NCBI GenBank assembly: GCA_963747935.1
Contig: CAVVGY010000005.1
Span: 197,620 to 261,619, forward strand
Direction of reading: 5' to 3'
DNA: 64,000 bases
Source: an uncultured Thermoleophilia bacterium
Lineage (GTDB): Bacteria; Actinomycetota; Thermoleophilia; UBA2241
The position numbers and the translations under genes are program-made. The notes beneath the pieces are model-generated. The model ran no database searches and was not told the DNA's origin. It saw only the letters and a program-made list of their open reading frames with translations. Below, in pieces: positions 9,343-19,432 of this stretch (its first letter is position 1; each line of letters begins with the position of its first letter).

Positions 9343-10250
9343 GGCTGGGCTTCTTCCTCGCCGAGGCGTTCGGCTCGATGCGTCGCAACTGGGTGATGGC
9401 CATGGCGGCCGTCATCACGGTCTTCATCAGCACCGCCATCCTCGGCGCCGTGCTGGTCACGCGCGACAACCTCAACCAGGGCGCCACCAGCCTCAAGAAC
9501 CGGGTGCTCATCGAAGTCTTCATCAAGGACGAAGCCACGGAGGAGCAGAAGGCCGCTCTGGAGCAGAGGATCCAGGCCATCCCCGAGGTCAAGTCGTTCA
9601 AGTACATCAGCAAGGAAGAGGCGCTCAAGCGCTTCGAGGACAGGTTCGGCCCGCGCATCGTGCAGAACCTGCCCATCAACCCGCTGCCGGCCAGCTACGA
9701 GATCCAGGTCAAGGACGCCAACCAGGTCGACGCGGTGGCCAAGAAGTTCTTCGACGACCCGGCCGTGGACAACGACCCCGGCACGCACAACGGGGTCAAG
9801 TACGCCGCCGAGACGGTGCGCAAGATGCTCGGCACCATCAACCTGATCGGCATCGGCATGTGGATCGCCACCGGCATCTTCGCGCTCGCCGCGGTGCTGC
9901 TCATCAGCACCACGGTGCGGCTCAGCATCTTCGCCCGGCGCCGCGAGGTCGAGATCATGCGCCTGGTGGGCGCCACCAACTGGTTCATCCGCTGGCCGTT
10001 CGTGCTCGAGGGCTTCATCACCGGGCTCATCGGCGCAGTGATCGCCGCCGGCTTCGTGTGGCTGTGCAACTGGGCGCTGGCGAACTGGCTCGAGAGCAGC
10101 CAGATCAACTTCCTCGACATCCGCGTGTTCAGCATGTGGTGGCAGAGCGGGTCCTGGCCCGCCGGCCTGCTGCCTACGCTCGCCATCCTCGGCGCGGTGC
10201 TGGGCGCCCTGGGCAGCATGGTGGCGCTGAGGCGCTACCTCAAGACCTGA
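9339..10250 (+). CDS. ftsX: Cell division permease-like protein FtsX
   Basis: GTG 9339 overlaps the ftsE stop. One N-terminal TM helix, an extracytoplasmic domain and three C-terminal TM helices, with the EIMRLVGAT motif. Confidence 0.9.
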   Translation: MRLGFFLAEAFGSMRRNWVMAMAAVITVFISTAILGAVLVTRDNLNQGATSLKNRVLIEVFIKDEATEEQKAALEQRIQAIPEVKSFKYISKEEALKRFEDRFGPRIVQNLPINPLPASYEIQVKDANQVDAVAKKFFDDPAVDNDPGTHNGVKYAAETVRKMLGTINLIGIGMWIATGIFALAAVLLISTTVRLSIFARRREVEIMRLVGATNWFIRWPFVLEGFITGLIGAVIAAGFVWLCNWALANWLESSQINFLDIRVFSMWWQSGSWPAGLLPTLAILGAVLGALGSMVALRRYLKT

Positions 10251-10284
10251 CGCTCGTCACGCGCGCACGCCGTGCGCGGGGGTC

Positions 10285-10330
10285 GCGACCGGCGGCGGCG
10301 CTCTGACGCAGGGACGCCGCCGCCGGTCGC
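10285..10330 (+). terminator. 16-bp perfect inverted repeat after ftsX
   Basis: GCGACCGGCGGCGGCG (10285-10300) pairs with CGCCGCCGCCGGTCGC (10315-10330). No U-tract, so it may be an attenuator or stabiliser rather than a terminator. Confidence 0.45.
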
Positions 10331-10348
10331 CGAACTCTGATTGTTGCC

Positions 10349-11542
10349 ATGGTCTCCACTCGCAGGCTCATCACCATCGTCCTCCTCGCCGTCGCGGCGC
10401 TGGCGTTCGGCGCGGCAGCAGCGGGCTCGGCGCGGGCCGCCACGGCCGACGAGATCCAGCAGAAGCTGCAGAGCGCGCGCGACAAGATCGCCGCCGCCGA
10501 GGACAAGAAGGACTCACTCTCCGAGCAGATCAGCGACCTCGACGGGCGGCTCGCGGCCATCCAGAAGAAGCTCGACGGCCTGGGCGGCCAGATCGCGGCC
10601 GTCGAGACCAAGCTCGACGTGACCAAGGAGAAGCTCGGGGTGCTGCGCGAGGAGCTGCGCCTCAAGAAGCTCGAGCTCCAGGAGGCGCAGGCCGAGCTCG
10701 TGCTCGAGCAGAAGAACTTCGCCCGGCGCGCCGTGCTCAGCTACAAGAGCGACGACCTCGACTACGTGGACGTCATCCTCGCCTCCTCCGACTTCGAGGA
10801 CCTCATCAGCAGGGTCGACACCATCCACGACCTGCTCGGCGGCAACAACACGCTGGTCGGAGGCCTGGAGACCACTCGCGACAAGGTCGACTCCGAGAAG
10901 GACGCCATCGCCAGGCGCGAGGACGCGGTGGCGGACGCGGCCCGCGTCCTGCAGGAGAAGAGCGATGAGCTCGCCGCCCTCAAGGCCCAGCAGGCGGCGA
11001 GCCAGGCGGCCGCCCTGGCCGTGCGTCAGCAGAAGCACACGGCGCTCAAGGGCGTCAACAAGGACCTGGCCGAACTCGAGCGCCAGGAGAGCCAGCTGCT
11101 CTCCGAGAGCCAGGCGCTCACCGGCGTGGTGGGCGGCAGCGGCAGCAGCGGCTCGGGCAGCGGCAGCCTCAGCTGGCCGGTGAACGGCCCGGTCACGTCG
11201 CCGTTCGGCTGGCGCATCCACCCGATCCTCGGCTACAAGAAGTTCCACACCGGCATCGACATCGGCGTCGGCTACGGCGTGCCCGTCCGCTCCTCGGCCG
11301 CCGGCACCGTCATCTACGCCAGCTGGATGGGCGGCTACGGCAACGTGATCATCGTCGACCACGGCGACGGCCTCTCGACGCTCTACGCGCACCAGTCGAG
11401 CCTCGCCGTCGGCAACGGCGCACACGTGGCGCGCGGCCAGACCGTCGGCTACGTGGGCTCCACGGGGTTCAGCACGGGCCCGCACCTGCACTACGAGGTG
11501 CGGGTCAACGGCAACCCCGTGGACCCGATGGGCTACCTCTGA
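10349..11542 (+). CDS. Secreted coiled-coil M23 family metallopeptidase (EnvC-like partner of FtsEX)
   Basis: Signal peptide, long heptad-rich region, C-terminal HTGIDIG...GYGNVIIVDHG...GPHLHYEV LytM/M23 motifs. Confidence 0.9.
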   Translation: MVSTRRLITIVLLAVAALAFGAAAAGSARAATADEIQQKLQSARDKIAAAEDKKDSLSEQISDLDGRLAAIQKKLDGLGGQIAAVETKLDVTKEKLGVLREELRLKKLELQEAQAELVLEQKNFARRAVLSYKSDDLDYVDVILASSDFEDLISRVDTIHDLLGGNNTLVGGLETTRDKVDSEKDAIARREDAVADAARVLQEKSDELAALKAQQAASQAAALAVRQQKHTALKGVNKDLAELERQESQLLSESQALTGVVGGSGSSGSGSGSLSWPVNGPVTSPFGWRIHPILGYKKFHTGIDIGVGYGVPVRSSAAGTVIYASWMGGYGNVIIVDHGDGLSTLYAHQSSLAVGNGAHVARGQTVGYVGSTGFSTGPHLHYEVRVNGNPVDPMGYL

Positions 11543-11636
11543 GCCCGGCCGCAGCTCCGCAGGGCCGGGCCCTCGTTCGCCGCGTCGACGCCCGTCGTTT
11601 GCCGCTCCATCACCGACCGACTACCATCTACGACTG

Positions 11637-12819
11637 ATGCGCATCCTTCGCACCGTCATCGTCGTCCTCCTGGTCTCCATCGGGTTCCTCGGCGGCTACT
11701 TCGCCGGCTGGTACCTGCACGGGGAGAACACCGTGCGCCTCATCGCCGACCCAGCAGACGTCGGCCAAGGAGGCCGGCAAGCTGCAGCAGAAGATCATCG
11801 AGGAACTGCAGACGCGCTACTACCGGCCGGTCAACGTCGACAAGCTCTCCACCGCCGGCGTCAACGGCATGCTCAAGTCGCTCAAGGACCCGTACACGGT
11901 CTACCTCACGCCCAAAGAGGTGCAGGACTTCGAGGAGAAGGAGCGCGGCTCGTACTCGGGCATCGGCGCCAGCCTGCAGAAGACCAAGGACGGCCTCATC
12001 ATCACCGCCGTGTTCGACGGGTCGCCGGCCAAGGCCGCGGGCCTGGCCCCCGGCGACGCCATCGTCACCGTGGACGGCAAGGACACCAAGGGCGTGGCCA
12101 TCGAGACGAGCATCAGCCGCATCAAGGGCGCGGAGGGCAGCACCGTCACCCTCGGCGTGCAGCCCAAGGACAAGAAGCAGCCGGTCAAGACCTACAAGAT
12201 CCAGCGCAAGACCATCGAGATCCCCGAGACGAGCAGCAAGATCATCAACGACAAGGGGACCAAGGTCGGGTACGTGCAGCTCTACGAGTTCGGCGGCCTC
12301 GCCGGGCGCGACGTGCGCAAGGACGTGGACGAGCTGAGCAAGAAGGGCGCGCAGTGGTTCATCCTCGACCTGCGCTACAACGGCGGCGGCCTGCTCACCC
12401 AGGCCGTGGACGTCACCGGCGTGTTCCAGACCGGCCTCGTCACCTCCACGGCCGGCCTGAACTCCCCCAAGGAGGAGCTCACGGCCACCGGACCGGTCGC
12501 CACCAGGAAGCCCATGGTCGTGCTGGTCAACGGCTACTCGGCCAGCGCCTCCGAGATCGTCACCGGCGCGCTCAAGGACCACAAGCGCGCCACCATCATC
12601 GGCACCAAGACCTTCGGCAAGGGCCTCGTCCAGAGCATCGTCGACCTCGGCAACGGGGCGGCGCTCAAGCTCACCACGGCCGTCTACCTCACGCCGAACG
12701 GCACCAACATCAACAAGAAGGGCATCACTCCGGACATCGTCGCCCCGGACAAGCCCAAGACCAAGCCAGACGACGCGCTGCAGCGCGCGCTGCAGTACAT
12801 CGCCGCGCAAGCGAAGTAG
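11637..12819 (+). pseudogene. ctpA: S41 carboxy-terminal processing peptidase (CtpA-like), frameshifted at about 11751
   Basis: The N-terminal TM helix (MRILRTVIVVLLVSIGFLGGYF..RLIAD) is in frame 0. The rest (QQTSAKEAGKLQQKIIEEL...PDZ...NGYSASASEI...TFGKG) is in frame 1. Deleting one C of the CCC run at 11749-11751 restores the ORF. Stop is TAG 12817-12819. Confidence 0.85.
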
Positions 12820-12823
12820 CGGC

Positions 12824-14929
12824 ATGAGCCCCTCGCGGCACCCGGGCGGACCGGGTGACAGTGCGAGACACGGAGGGCAGCGCCCGTCCCGAGGCGGCGG
12901 ACGCCGGAGGGCGGACGGCTCCCGGCAGCCGCAGGAGACTCCGGACCAGGGCCGCCCGCTTCCGTACCGCGTCACCCGCTGGGGCAAGTTCTGGTCGCTC
13001 GAGCCCCTGTTCGCCGACGTGCGCTCGTACCTGGTCGCCAAGGGCGGCATGCCGCCGAAGACCGACGATCTGGTGCTCGCCGTGCCCTCGCACGGCGACC
13101 GGCGCAGGATCGTCGAGGTCCTCGGTCGCGCGGACGACGTCCAGGCCGTGCTCCGCGCGCTGCTCCACGCCAAGGGCGTGCGCCAGGGATTCTCGGACGC
13201 CGTGCTGGACGAGGCGGCGGCCGTCAAGGGGCGCGGCGCGCGCCCCGACCCCGGCCGCCGTGACGTCACGGCCGTGCCCACGTTCACCATCGACCCGGAC
13301 ACGGCGCGCGACTTCGACGACGCCATCTCGGTCGCGCGCGAGGGCTCCGGCTACCGCGCCCACGTGCACATCGCCGACGTCTCGTACTTCGTCGACGACG
13401 ACGGCGAGATCGAGCGCGAGGCGCGTCGCCGCACGTCCAGCCTCTATCTGCCGCTGTTCGCCGAGCCCATGCTCCCGGCGGCGCTCAGCAGCGACCTCTG
13501 CAGCCTCGTCCCGCGGCAGCCGCGCAAGTGCCTCACCGTGGAGTTCACGTTCGACGCCGAGGGCCGGCGGACGAGCACGCAGTACTACCGCTCGCTCATC
13601 AGCAGCGATCACCGCCTGACCTACGGCTTCGCCGACACGGTGATCGGACCGGCCGGCGTGGCCGCGGCCGCCGAGTCGGCCGACCGAGACGCGGCCGGCG
13701 ACGACACCGCGGCTCCGCCGCTCGCCGACCCCAAGGCCGCCGTGGCGGCGCTGCCCGGCGCGCACCTCGTGGCGGACCGCGAGCCGCCGCGCGACGTTCC
13801 GGACGCCACCATGGAGGCCGACGACGCGCTCCGCGACCAGCTGCTGCTCGCCGCCGAGCTGGCCGGGATCCTGCGCCGCCGCCGGATGGCCCGCGGCGCG
13901 CTCACCATCGGCTCGTTCGAGCCCGAGTACGCGTTCGACCACGCGGGCGCGCTCAGCGGCGCGGCCGCGCGCCCGGAGACGCCCTCCCACGCGCTCGTCG
14001 AGGAGTTCATGCTCGCCGCCAACGAGGCCGTCGCCGAGTACCTGCTGCGCAAGAAGGCGCACGCGCTCTACCGCGTGCACGAGCCCCCCGAGCCGATGAG
14101 CACGCGCGAGCTCTTCGACCAGCTGGAGGAGCTCGGCATCCCGACGCCGCCGTTCCCGGCCGGCGAGGCCGTGCCGGCGGCGCAGCTCCAGGAGCTGTAC
14201 GGCCGCCTGAGCAGCCTCGTCGCGCAGACCGGCGCCCGCGAGCGCCGCGGCCGCCTCGCGTGGTCCACCCTCATCCTGCGCTCGCTCAAGCAGGCGCGCT
14301 ACGCGCCCGTGAACCTCGGTCACTTCGGCCTCGCCAGCCCGGCGTACCTGCACTTCACGTCGCCCATCCGCCGCTACCCGGACCTCGTGGTCCATCGCGC
14401 GCTCATCTACCACCTCGGTGACGGCGGCTCCGAGCTCGGCGACGCCGAGCTGGCCACCGCCGCCGACGACTGCTCCACGCGCGAGCGCGAGTTCAGCAAG
14501 GTCGAGCTCACCGGCGACGACATCGCCCTCTGCTTCCTGCTCCACGGCCGCCTGGAGGTCGAGGGCTGGGAGCAGGTGTTCGGCGGCGAGATCGTCGGCC
14601 TGGTCGGGGGCGGCCTGTTCATCCGCTTCGGCGAGGTCTTCGAGGGGTTCCTCTCGTCGCGCCGGCTGGGCGGCGAGCGGTTCGAGGTCAGCGAGCACGA
14701 GACGGCGCTCGTCGGTGAGGTGACCGGCACGCGCTACCGGCTGGGTGACGCGATCGAGGTCAGGGTCGAGCGCGTGGACCGCCTGACCGGCAAGGTCGAC
14801 CTGTCGCCGCCACCGGACGCCGATCGTCCCGGCTCCGGTACCGACCGGCGCCCGGCGCGCCGGACCACGGGCTCCCGCCCGTCCCACCACCGCGGCCCCG
14901 GGCGCCAGAACCACCGCAAGCGCCGCTGA
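12824..14929 (+). CDS. rnr: RNB-domain exoribonuclease (RNase R-like)
   Basis: [54 protein letters not shown]-terminal S1-like domain and basic tail. Confidence 0.85.
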   Translation: MSPSRHPGGPGDSARHGGQRPSRGGGRRRADGSRQPQETPDQGRPLPYRVTRWGKFWSLEPLFADVRSYLVAKGGMPPKTDDLVLAVPSHGDRRRIVEVLGRADDVQAVLRALLHAKGVRQGFSDAVLDEAAAVKGRGARPDPGRRDVTAVPTFTIDPDTARDFDDAISVAREGSGYRAHVHIADVSYFVDDDGEIEREARRRTSSLYLPLFAEPMLPAALSSDLCSLVPRQPRKCLTVEFTFDAEGRRTSTQYYRSLISSDHRLTYGFADTVIGPAGVAAAAESADRDAAGDDTAAPPLADPKAAVAALPGAHLVADREPPRDVPDATMEADDALRDQLLLAAELAGILRRRRMARGALTIGSFEPEYAFDHAGALSGAAARPETPSHALVEEFMLAANEAVAEYLLRKKAHALYRVHEPPEPMSTRELFDQLEELGIPTPPFPAGEAVPAAQLQELYGRLSSLVAQTGARERRGRLAWSTLILRSLKQARYAPVNLGHFGLASPAYLHFTSPIRRYPDLVVHRALIYHLGDGGSELGDAELATAADDCSTREREFSKVELTGDDIALCFLLHGRLEVEGWEQVFGGEIVGLVGGGLFIRFGEVFEGFLSSRRLGGERFEVSEHETALVGEVTGTRYRLGDAIEVRVERVDRLTGKVDLSPPPDADRPGSGTDRRPARRTTGSRPSHHRGPGRQNHRKRR

Positions 14930-14996
14930 CGCGGCCGCGCCCGGCGCGTCAGGCGCCGGACGCGCCCGCCGTCCCCGATGGGGTACCCTAGGCGGC

Positions 14997-15485
14997 ATGC
15001 CGCGAGAGACCGGGATCAAGCGCGTGGCCGAGAACCGCAAGGCGCGCCACGACTACTTCATCGACGACACCTTCGAGGCGGGCATCGTGCTCGTCGGTAC
15101 GGAGGTCAAGTCGCTGCGCGAGGGCCGCATCAACCTGCGCGACAGCTACGTGGAGGTGCGCGGGAGCGCGCACGCGCCGGAGCTCTTCCTCATCGGCGCC
15201 CACATCAGCCCCTACGACCAGGGCAACATCTGGAACCACGACCCGCTGCGGGCGCGCAAGCTGCTCATGCACCGGCACGAGATCGAGCGTCTCGCCGGCA
15301 AGGTGCGCGAGAAGGGCTACACGATCGTGCCGACCAAGGTGTACTTCAAGGACGGGCGGGCCAAGATCGAGGTCGGGCTCGGGCGCGGCAAGAAGCTCTA
15401 CGACAAGCGCCACGACATGGCCGACAAGGACGCCAAGCGGGACATGCAGCGTGCCTTGCGCGGACGCGGGGAAGACAGGCGGTAA
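14997..15485 (+). CDS. smpB: SsrA-binding protein SmpB
   Basis: 162 aa. [11 protein letters not shown]...GTEVKSLR...[11 protein letters not shown]...KLYDKR. Confidence 0.95.
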   Translation: MPRETGIKRVAENRKARHDYFIDDTFEAGIVLVGTEVKSLREGRINLRDSYVEVRGSAHAPELFLIGAHISPYDQGNIWNHDPLRARKLLMHRHEIERLAGKVREKGYTIVPTKVYFKDGRAKIEVGLGRGKKLYDKRHDMADKDAKRDMQRALRGRGEDRR

Positions 15486-15530
15486 GGGTCGGCCACGCCG
15501 TGCGCCGGCCCGGCGAGTGAGGGAGGGCGC

Positions 15531-15809
15531 ATGGACACGCTCAATCACGAGCAGATCGAGGCCGCGCTCGCGGACCTGGACGGCTGGGGGTTCCAGGACG
15601 AGGCGCTGGTACGCACGTTCCGCTTCGCCGACTTCGTCCACGCCATCGGCTTCGTCGAGCACCTCGCCGACCTCGCTGAGGAGCGCAAGCACCACCCGGA
15701 CATCGACATCCGCTACAACAAGGTCACGCTGCGCCTGAGCAGCCACGACGCCGGCGGAGTGACGAAACGCGACGTGGACCTGGCCCAGGCCATCCAGCAG
15801 CTCGTGTAG
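15531..15809 (+). CDS. phhB: 4a-hydroxytetrahydrobiopterin (pterin-4a-carbinolamine) dehydratase
   Basis: 92 aa. DGWGF...FRFADFVHAIGFVEHLADLAEERKHHPDIDIRYNKVTLRL. Stop is TAG. Confidence 0.9.
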   Translation: MDTLNHEQIEAALADLDGWGFQDEALVRTFRFADFVHAIGFVEHLADLAEERKHHPDIDIRYNKVTLRLSSHDAGGVTKRDVDLAQAIQQLV

Positions 15810-15880
15810 GCCCGGGCAGAGCAAAGGCGGGCGCGCACCGAGAGGTGCCGCGCGCCCGCCGTGCTATGATGCGCATCCGT

Positions 15881-15957
15881 GCCCTCGTAGCTCAGGGGAT
15901 TAGAGCGCGCGCCTCCGGAGCGCGAGGTCGAAGGTTCGAATCCTTCCGGGGGCACCA
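15881..15957 (+). tRNA. tRNA-Arg (anticodon CCG), CCA encoded
   Basis: Manual cloverleaf. Acceptor GCCCTCG/CGGGGGC, D arm GCTC..GAGC, anticodon stem CGCGC/GCGCG with loop CTCCGGA, T arm GAAGG-TTCGAAT-CCTTC, then ACCA. Confidence 0.9.
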
Positions 15958-16002
15958 CCCTCCTTCACCGCGATCCTCCCTCACTGCGCGCTCCCTCCGC
16001 GT

Positions 16003-16483
16003 TCACCACACGAACGGCACGAACCTGCCGTGGACGCTCGTCCGGTACGCCGCGTAGTCCGGGTTCGCCTCCAGGAGCCAGGCCTCCTCGCGGCGCCGCT
16101 TCGCGTCCAGGAAGACCGCGGCGAGCGCCCAAGGCAAGAGCACCAGGGGCGACGACACAAGCGCCCAGGCGAGGGCCAGCAGCAGGACGCCGCCGTACAT
16201 GGGGTGTCGCACGAGGCCGTAGGCGCCACTCCGCTTGATCGCGCCGTGCATCCACGGGCTTCGGGAACGGGGTGAGCTGCCGCCCGAGACCCGCCAGCGC
16301 ACTGACGAAGAGGTACAGGCCGCCGGCGGCGGCCAGGGCGGCGGCCGTGAGCCTCGCGGCGCCGGCCGCCGAGGGCCAGCCGGCGCCGAGCACGCCACAC
16401 GTGATGATCGCGGCGAGCAGCACGACCTGCAGGAGCACCCAGCCCTCGCCGCGGCGTCCCAGGTCCGGGAGTCTGAGCTTCAT
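16003..16483 (-). pseudogene. Isoprenylcysteine carboxyl methyltransferase-like membrane methyltransferase, frameshifted at about 16249
   Basis: The N-terminal part (MKLRLPDLGRRGEGWVLLQVVLLAAII..LTPFPKPVD) is in one frame. The C-terminal part (HGAIKRSGAYGLVRHPMYGGVLLL..) is in the next. One extra base sits at about 16249. Its ATG overlaps the stop of the upstream gene (ATGA). Confidence 0.7.
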
Positions 16484-16834
16484 CGGGCGCCTCCCCCGAT
16501 GGCGGTCGGCGTGTCGCCGTTGCGGCCACGCCGGTGCAGCCCGGTGACGAGGATCGCCGAGCCGACGGTGATGGCGAGCGCCGACCAGATGACCACGCCG
16601 CTCCCAAGTTCCAGGGCGTCGGCGAGCAGGGCGAGGCCGATCGCGAGGCACACCACGCCGCCCAGGGTCACGCGGCGCTCGTCGAGCATCGGCCGCGATC
16701 GCCCAGCCCGCGATGGCCAGCGGCCACCACTGGCCGATGGTCTGCGCCGAGTCGACGGCGCCGGCGGCGTCGAGCAGGCCGAAGACGCCGAGCGCCAGCA
16801 GCACGAAGGCGATCCAGAGTGTCGTGAGTTTCAT
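16480..16834 (-). pseudogene. Small polytopic membrane protein, frameshifted at about 16690
   Basis: MKLTTLWIAFVLLALGVFGLL..LAIAGWAIAA continues as MLDERRVTLGGVVCLAIGLALL.. in the adjacent frame. Confidence 0.5.
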
Positions 16835-16852
16835 GTGAGCTCCCTTCGATTC

Positions 16853-16868
16853 TTCGATAACTATCGAA
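16853..16868. promoter_or_regulatory. Inverted repeat TTCGATA-AC-TATCGAA (candidate ArsR operator) upstream of the membrane-protein/methyltransferase pair
   Basis: Perfect 7-bp arms. An extra CTTCGAT half-site lies at 16844-16850. The same half-sites occur at 17217-17242. Confidence 0.5.
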
Positions 16869-16897
16869 CTACGGTGCGAAAAAAAGGGGGGTGGCGC

Positions 16898-17212
16898 TCA
16901 GCCGCCCGCCCCGTTGCCCTTCGCGAAGTCCGCGAGCTGTTTGAGCGCGTCCTGGTCCACCCAGCAGTGCAGTTGCTGGCCGCGCTTCTCACACGTGATG
17001 AGCCCCGAGTTCCTGAGCTCCTTGACGTGGTGCGAGACGGTCGAGAGCGAGAGGCCGAACCGCTCGGCGATCTGCGAGAGGTTGTCGCTGACCTCCGCAT
17101 CGGAGCACCCCTCGGGCTTGCCGCAGTCGCGCACGAGCTGGAAGATGGCGAGCCGCTTGGGGTCGCTCAAGGCCTTGAAGATCCTGGTCAGCTCCGTCAC
17201 ACGAGCCTCCAC
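16898..17212 (-). CDS. ArsR/SmtB family transcriptional regulator
   Basis: FKALSDPKRLAIFQLV...LSTVSHHVKELRNSGLI wHTH. GTG 17200 (VTELTRIF) has a GGAGG RBS and may be the true start. Confidence 0.85.
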   Translation of the reverse strand: MEARVTELTRIFKALSDPKRLAIFQLVRDCGKPEGCSDAEVSDNLSQIAERFGLSLSTVSHHVKELRNSGLITCEKRGQQLHCWVDQDALKQLADFAKGNGAGG

Positions 17213-17216
17213 TGCA

Positions 17217-17242
17217 CTTCGATACTTAGATGACTATCGAAG
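17217..17242. promoter_or_regulatory. Inverted repeat CTTCGATA-N10-TATCGAAG in the arsR / 17317 divergent region
   Basis: Perfect 8-bp arms. Same half-site as 16853-16868. Confidence 0.5.
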
Positions 17243-17316
17243 TATAACGGCAGGACGACGGTTGTCAACGTTGCCGTTGGGCCGTGCATAGAATCGGCGC
17301 GGAGGGAGGTGAGCCG

Positions 17317-17837
17317 ATGCCGAAGATCGTCGCCGTTCCGACCAGCGTCCCCGTGGGCGTGCTCGCCACGCTTTCCATGGACGCGGTCTTCGTGCTCGCC
17401 GCCCTGGCGGGCGGTGACCGTTTCGCGTCCGACAAGGCAGGACTCGAACCGGTGGGCAGGTGGGCGGGAGGCATGGCCCGGGGCCGGATCCGCTACGACG
17501 ACATCACGCAGGAGCCGGCGCTCCGGGGCGAGGCGCTCATCGGGCTCGCCGTGCACTACTTCACCGGCGTCGCGCTCGCGGCCGCGTACCTGCGGCTGAC
17601 GCGCGGCCGCGGGCGCGGTCCGGGAGTGCTGAACGGCGCGGTGTTCGGCGCCGCCACCGCGCTGCTGCCGGAACTGGTCATGTACCCGTGCTGGGGTCTC
17701 GGCCCGTTCGCGCTGCGCAGCGACGAGACCCTCCGTCTGGCTCGGCTCATGCTCCTCGGGCACACGACGTTCGGCGCGGCGCTGGGACTCTGGTCCGCCG
17801 CGCTCGCCGGCCGGACGCGGGTCGCACCGGCTCGTAG
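17317..17837 (+). CDS. DUF2938-like membrane protein; 3' end unresolved
   Basis: MPKIVAVPTSVPVGVLATLSMDAVF...VGRWAGGMARGRIRYDDI...LIGLAVHYFTGVALAAAYL. The frame has no stop until 18507 and would overlap the next gene. The nearest stop (TAG 17835-17837) is in the -1 frame. Confidence 0.5.
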
Positions 17838-17899
17838 ACGGGTCGCGCAGCGAGCACGGCGTCCCGGAGGTCGCGCTCTCGCTGGGGTACGCTTGGCGC

Positions 17900-18916
17900 A
17901 TGCAGGACCGCCCGCCCGCCTCCGCCTACGCCGCCGCCGTCGGCATGACGCTGGCGTTCGCGCTGTCGTTCGTCGCCACCAAGACGGCGCTCAAGGGGTT
18001 CGAGCCGCTGCTCATCGCGCTGCTGCGGTTCGCGCTGGCCGGCGCGATCCTGTGGGTGGCCTGGCGCCTGCGGCCGGTGCGCGAGCCGCTGACGCGCAAG
18101 GAACTCGGCCGGCTCGCGCTCATCGGCTTCGTCTCCCTCACGGTGTACTTCAGCTTCGAGAACCTGGGGATCGCGCGGACCAGCGCCTCGGAGGCCGCGA
18201 TCCTCATCGCCACCATCCCGATCTTCGTCGCCGTGATCGGGGCGTTCGTGCCGGCCGAGCGGCCCTCGGGCCGCCAGTGGGCCGGCATCCTGCTCTCGTT
18301 CGCCGGCATCGTCGCGCTGGTGCTCGCCGCCGGCGGTACCGGCGGCGGCTCGCTCGGCGGCAACCTGCTGGTGCTCGCCGCCTCCGTCTCCGGCGCCGCC
18401 TACGGCATCCTGGCGCGGAGGCTGCTCGTGAGCCGCTCCGCGCTGTTCGTCACCGCCTGGCAGAACCTGTTCGGCGCGCTCTTCATGGCGCCGCTGGCGC
18501 TGGGTGAGGCGCTGCTGGTGGGGGTCCGCCGGCCCACGGCTCCCGCCGCCGGCGGCGTCCTGTTCCTCACGCTGGTCTGCTCGATCCTCGCCTACCTGCT
18601 GCTCAACTACGCGTTCCGGTTCCTGCCGGCCAGCCGCGTGAGCGTGTTCATCAACCTCACGCCGGTCGTGGCGGTGGCCAGCGCCTACGTGCTGCTGGGG
18701 GAGAGGCTCACGCTCGCGCAGGGCGCGGCGGCGGTCGTGGTCGTAGCTGGGGTGTGGGTGACGAACAGTGGGGGCGCGGCGGAGCAGGAAGCTCAGAAGT
18801 CCATCGGGAGGATGAGGTCGCGCTCGAGCGCGACGACGATCCTGTCCACCTCGTCCTCGAAGTTGCGGCGCATCATCCGGTCGGCCTCTTTGGCCAGCGC
18901 CTGGGCGCCGAAGTAG
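17900..18916 (+). CDS. EamA/DMT family transporter
   Basis: 338-aa ORF with two EamA repeats. The last roughly 40 codons overlap the convergent gene and may not all be real. Confidence 0.8.
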   Translation: MQDRPPASAYAAAVGMTLAFALSFVATKTALKGFEPLLIALLRFALAGAILWVAWRLRPVREPLTRKELGRLALIGFVSLTVYFSFENLGIARTSASEAAILIATIPIFVAVIGAFVPAERPSGRQWAGILLSFAGIVALVLAAGGTGGGSLGGNLLVLAASVSGAAYGILARRLLVSRSALFVTAWQNLFGALFMAPLALGEALLVGVRRPTAPAAGGVLFLTLVCSILAYLLLNYAFRFLPASRVSVFINLTPVVAVASAYVLLGERLTLAQGAAAVVVVAGVWVTNSGGAAEQEAQKSIGRMRSRSSATTILSTSSSKLRRIIRSASLASAWAPK

Positions 18917-19263
18917 AGCTCACGGTTGAACTGCTCGACCGAGGCGCGACCCAGCGTCACCTCGCGCCGCGTCTCGCACTCCGGGCAGCGCAGGATGAGC
19001 GTCCAGCTGACCTGGCTCGAGCGGTCCCAGTCGACGGGATACACGAACGTGCTTCCGCACACGGGGCAGGTGTGCGCCTCCGGGTCCTCTTGCGGAGGCG
19101 GCGGCACGCAGCAGGAGGAGGGAGCGGGCTTGGCCGGGGCGGCGCCGGCGGACGCGGCCGGCGCCGCGGCTCGAGCGCACCGCTCGCGATCGAACACCAT
19201 CAACTCGACGGACGTGCCGTCCGGGAAGATGAAGAGTTCGATCTTGTACTTCTCAGTTCTCAC
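18793..19263 (-). CDS. Hypothetical zinc-ribbon protein
   Basis: GTG 19263 after GGAGG. CPVCG...CPEC four-Cys pattern and conserved-looking C-terminal helical region. Confidence 0.5.
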   Translation of the reverse strand: MRTEKYKIELFIFPDGTSVELMVFDRERCARAAAPAASAGAAPAKPAPSSCCVPPPPQEDPEAHTCPVCGSTFVYPVDWDRSSQVSWTLILRCPECETRREVTLGRASVEQFNRELYFGAQALAKEADRMMRRNFEDEVDRIVVALERDLILPMDF

Positions 19264-19432
19264 GACCCGCCTCCGCGTCGCCGTAGTCCCCTCTCTCACT
19301 CCACCTATCGGACGGTCACCGGCGCCGCTTGAGTATCTCCGTCATCGCCATCAGGGCGGCCGGCCGAGGCCCCGTCTGGACAGTCCTGCGCGCAGTGGGG
19401 AATACTACCGGAGCGCCTCACCGCGCCCCGAC

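Noticed and set aside
12725-15040. Very long antisense or out-of-frame ORFs (e.g. 12725-15040, 21995-24304, 29694-32147, 43097-45460, 55028-57529, 56928-58724, 41805-43571, all minus strand)
   Set aside because: Their translations are Arg/Ala/Gly/Pro-rich and low in complexity, with no recognisable motifs. Each lies opposite or out of frame to a gene with strong family signatures. These are typical high-GC shadow ORFs.
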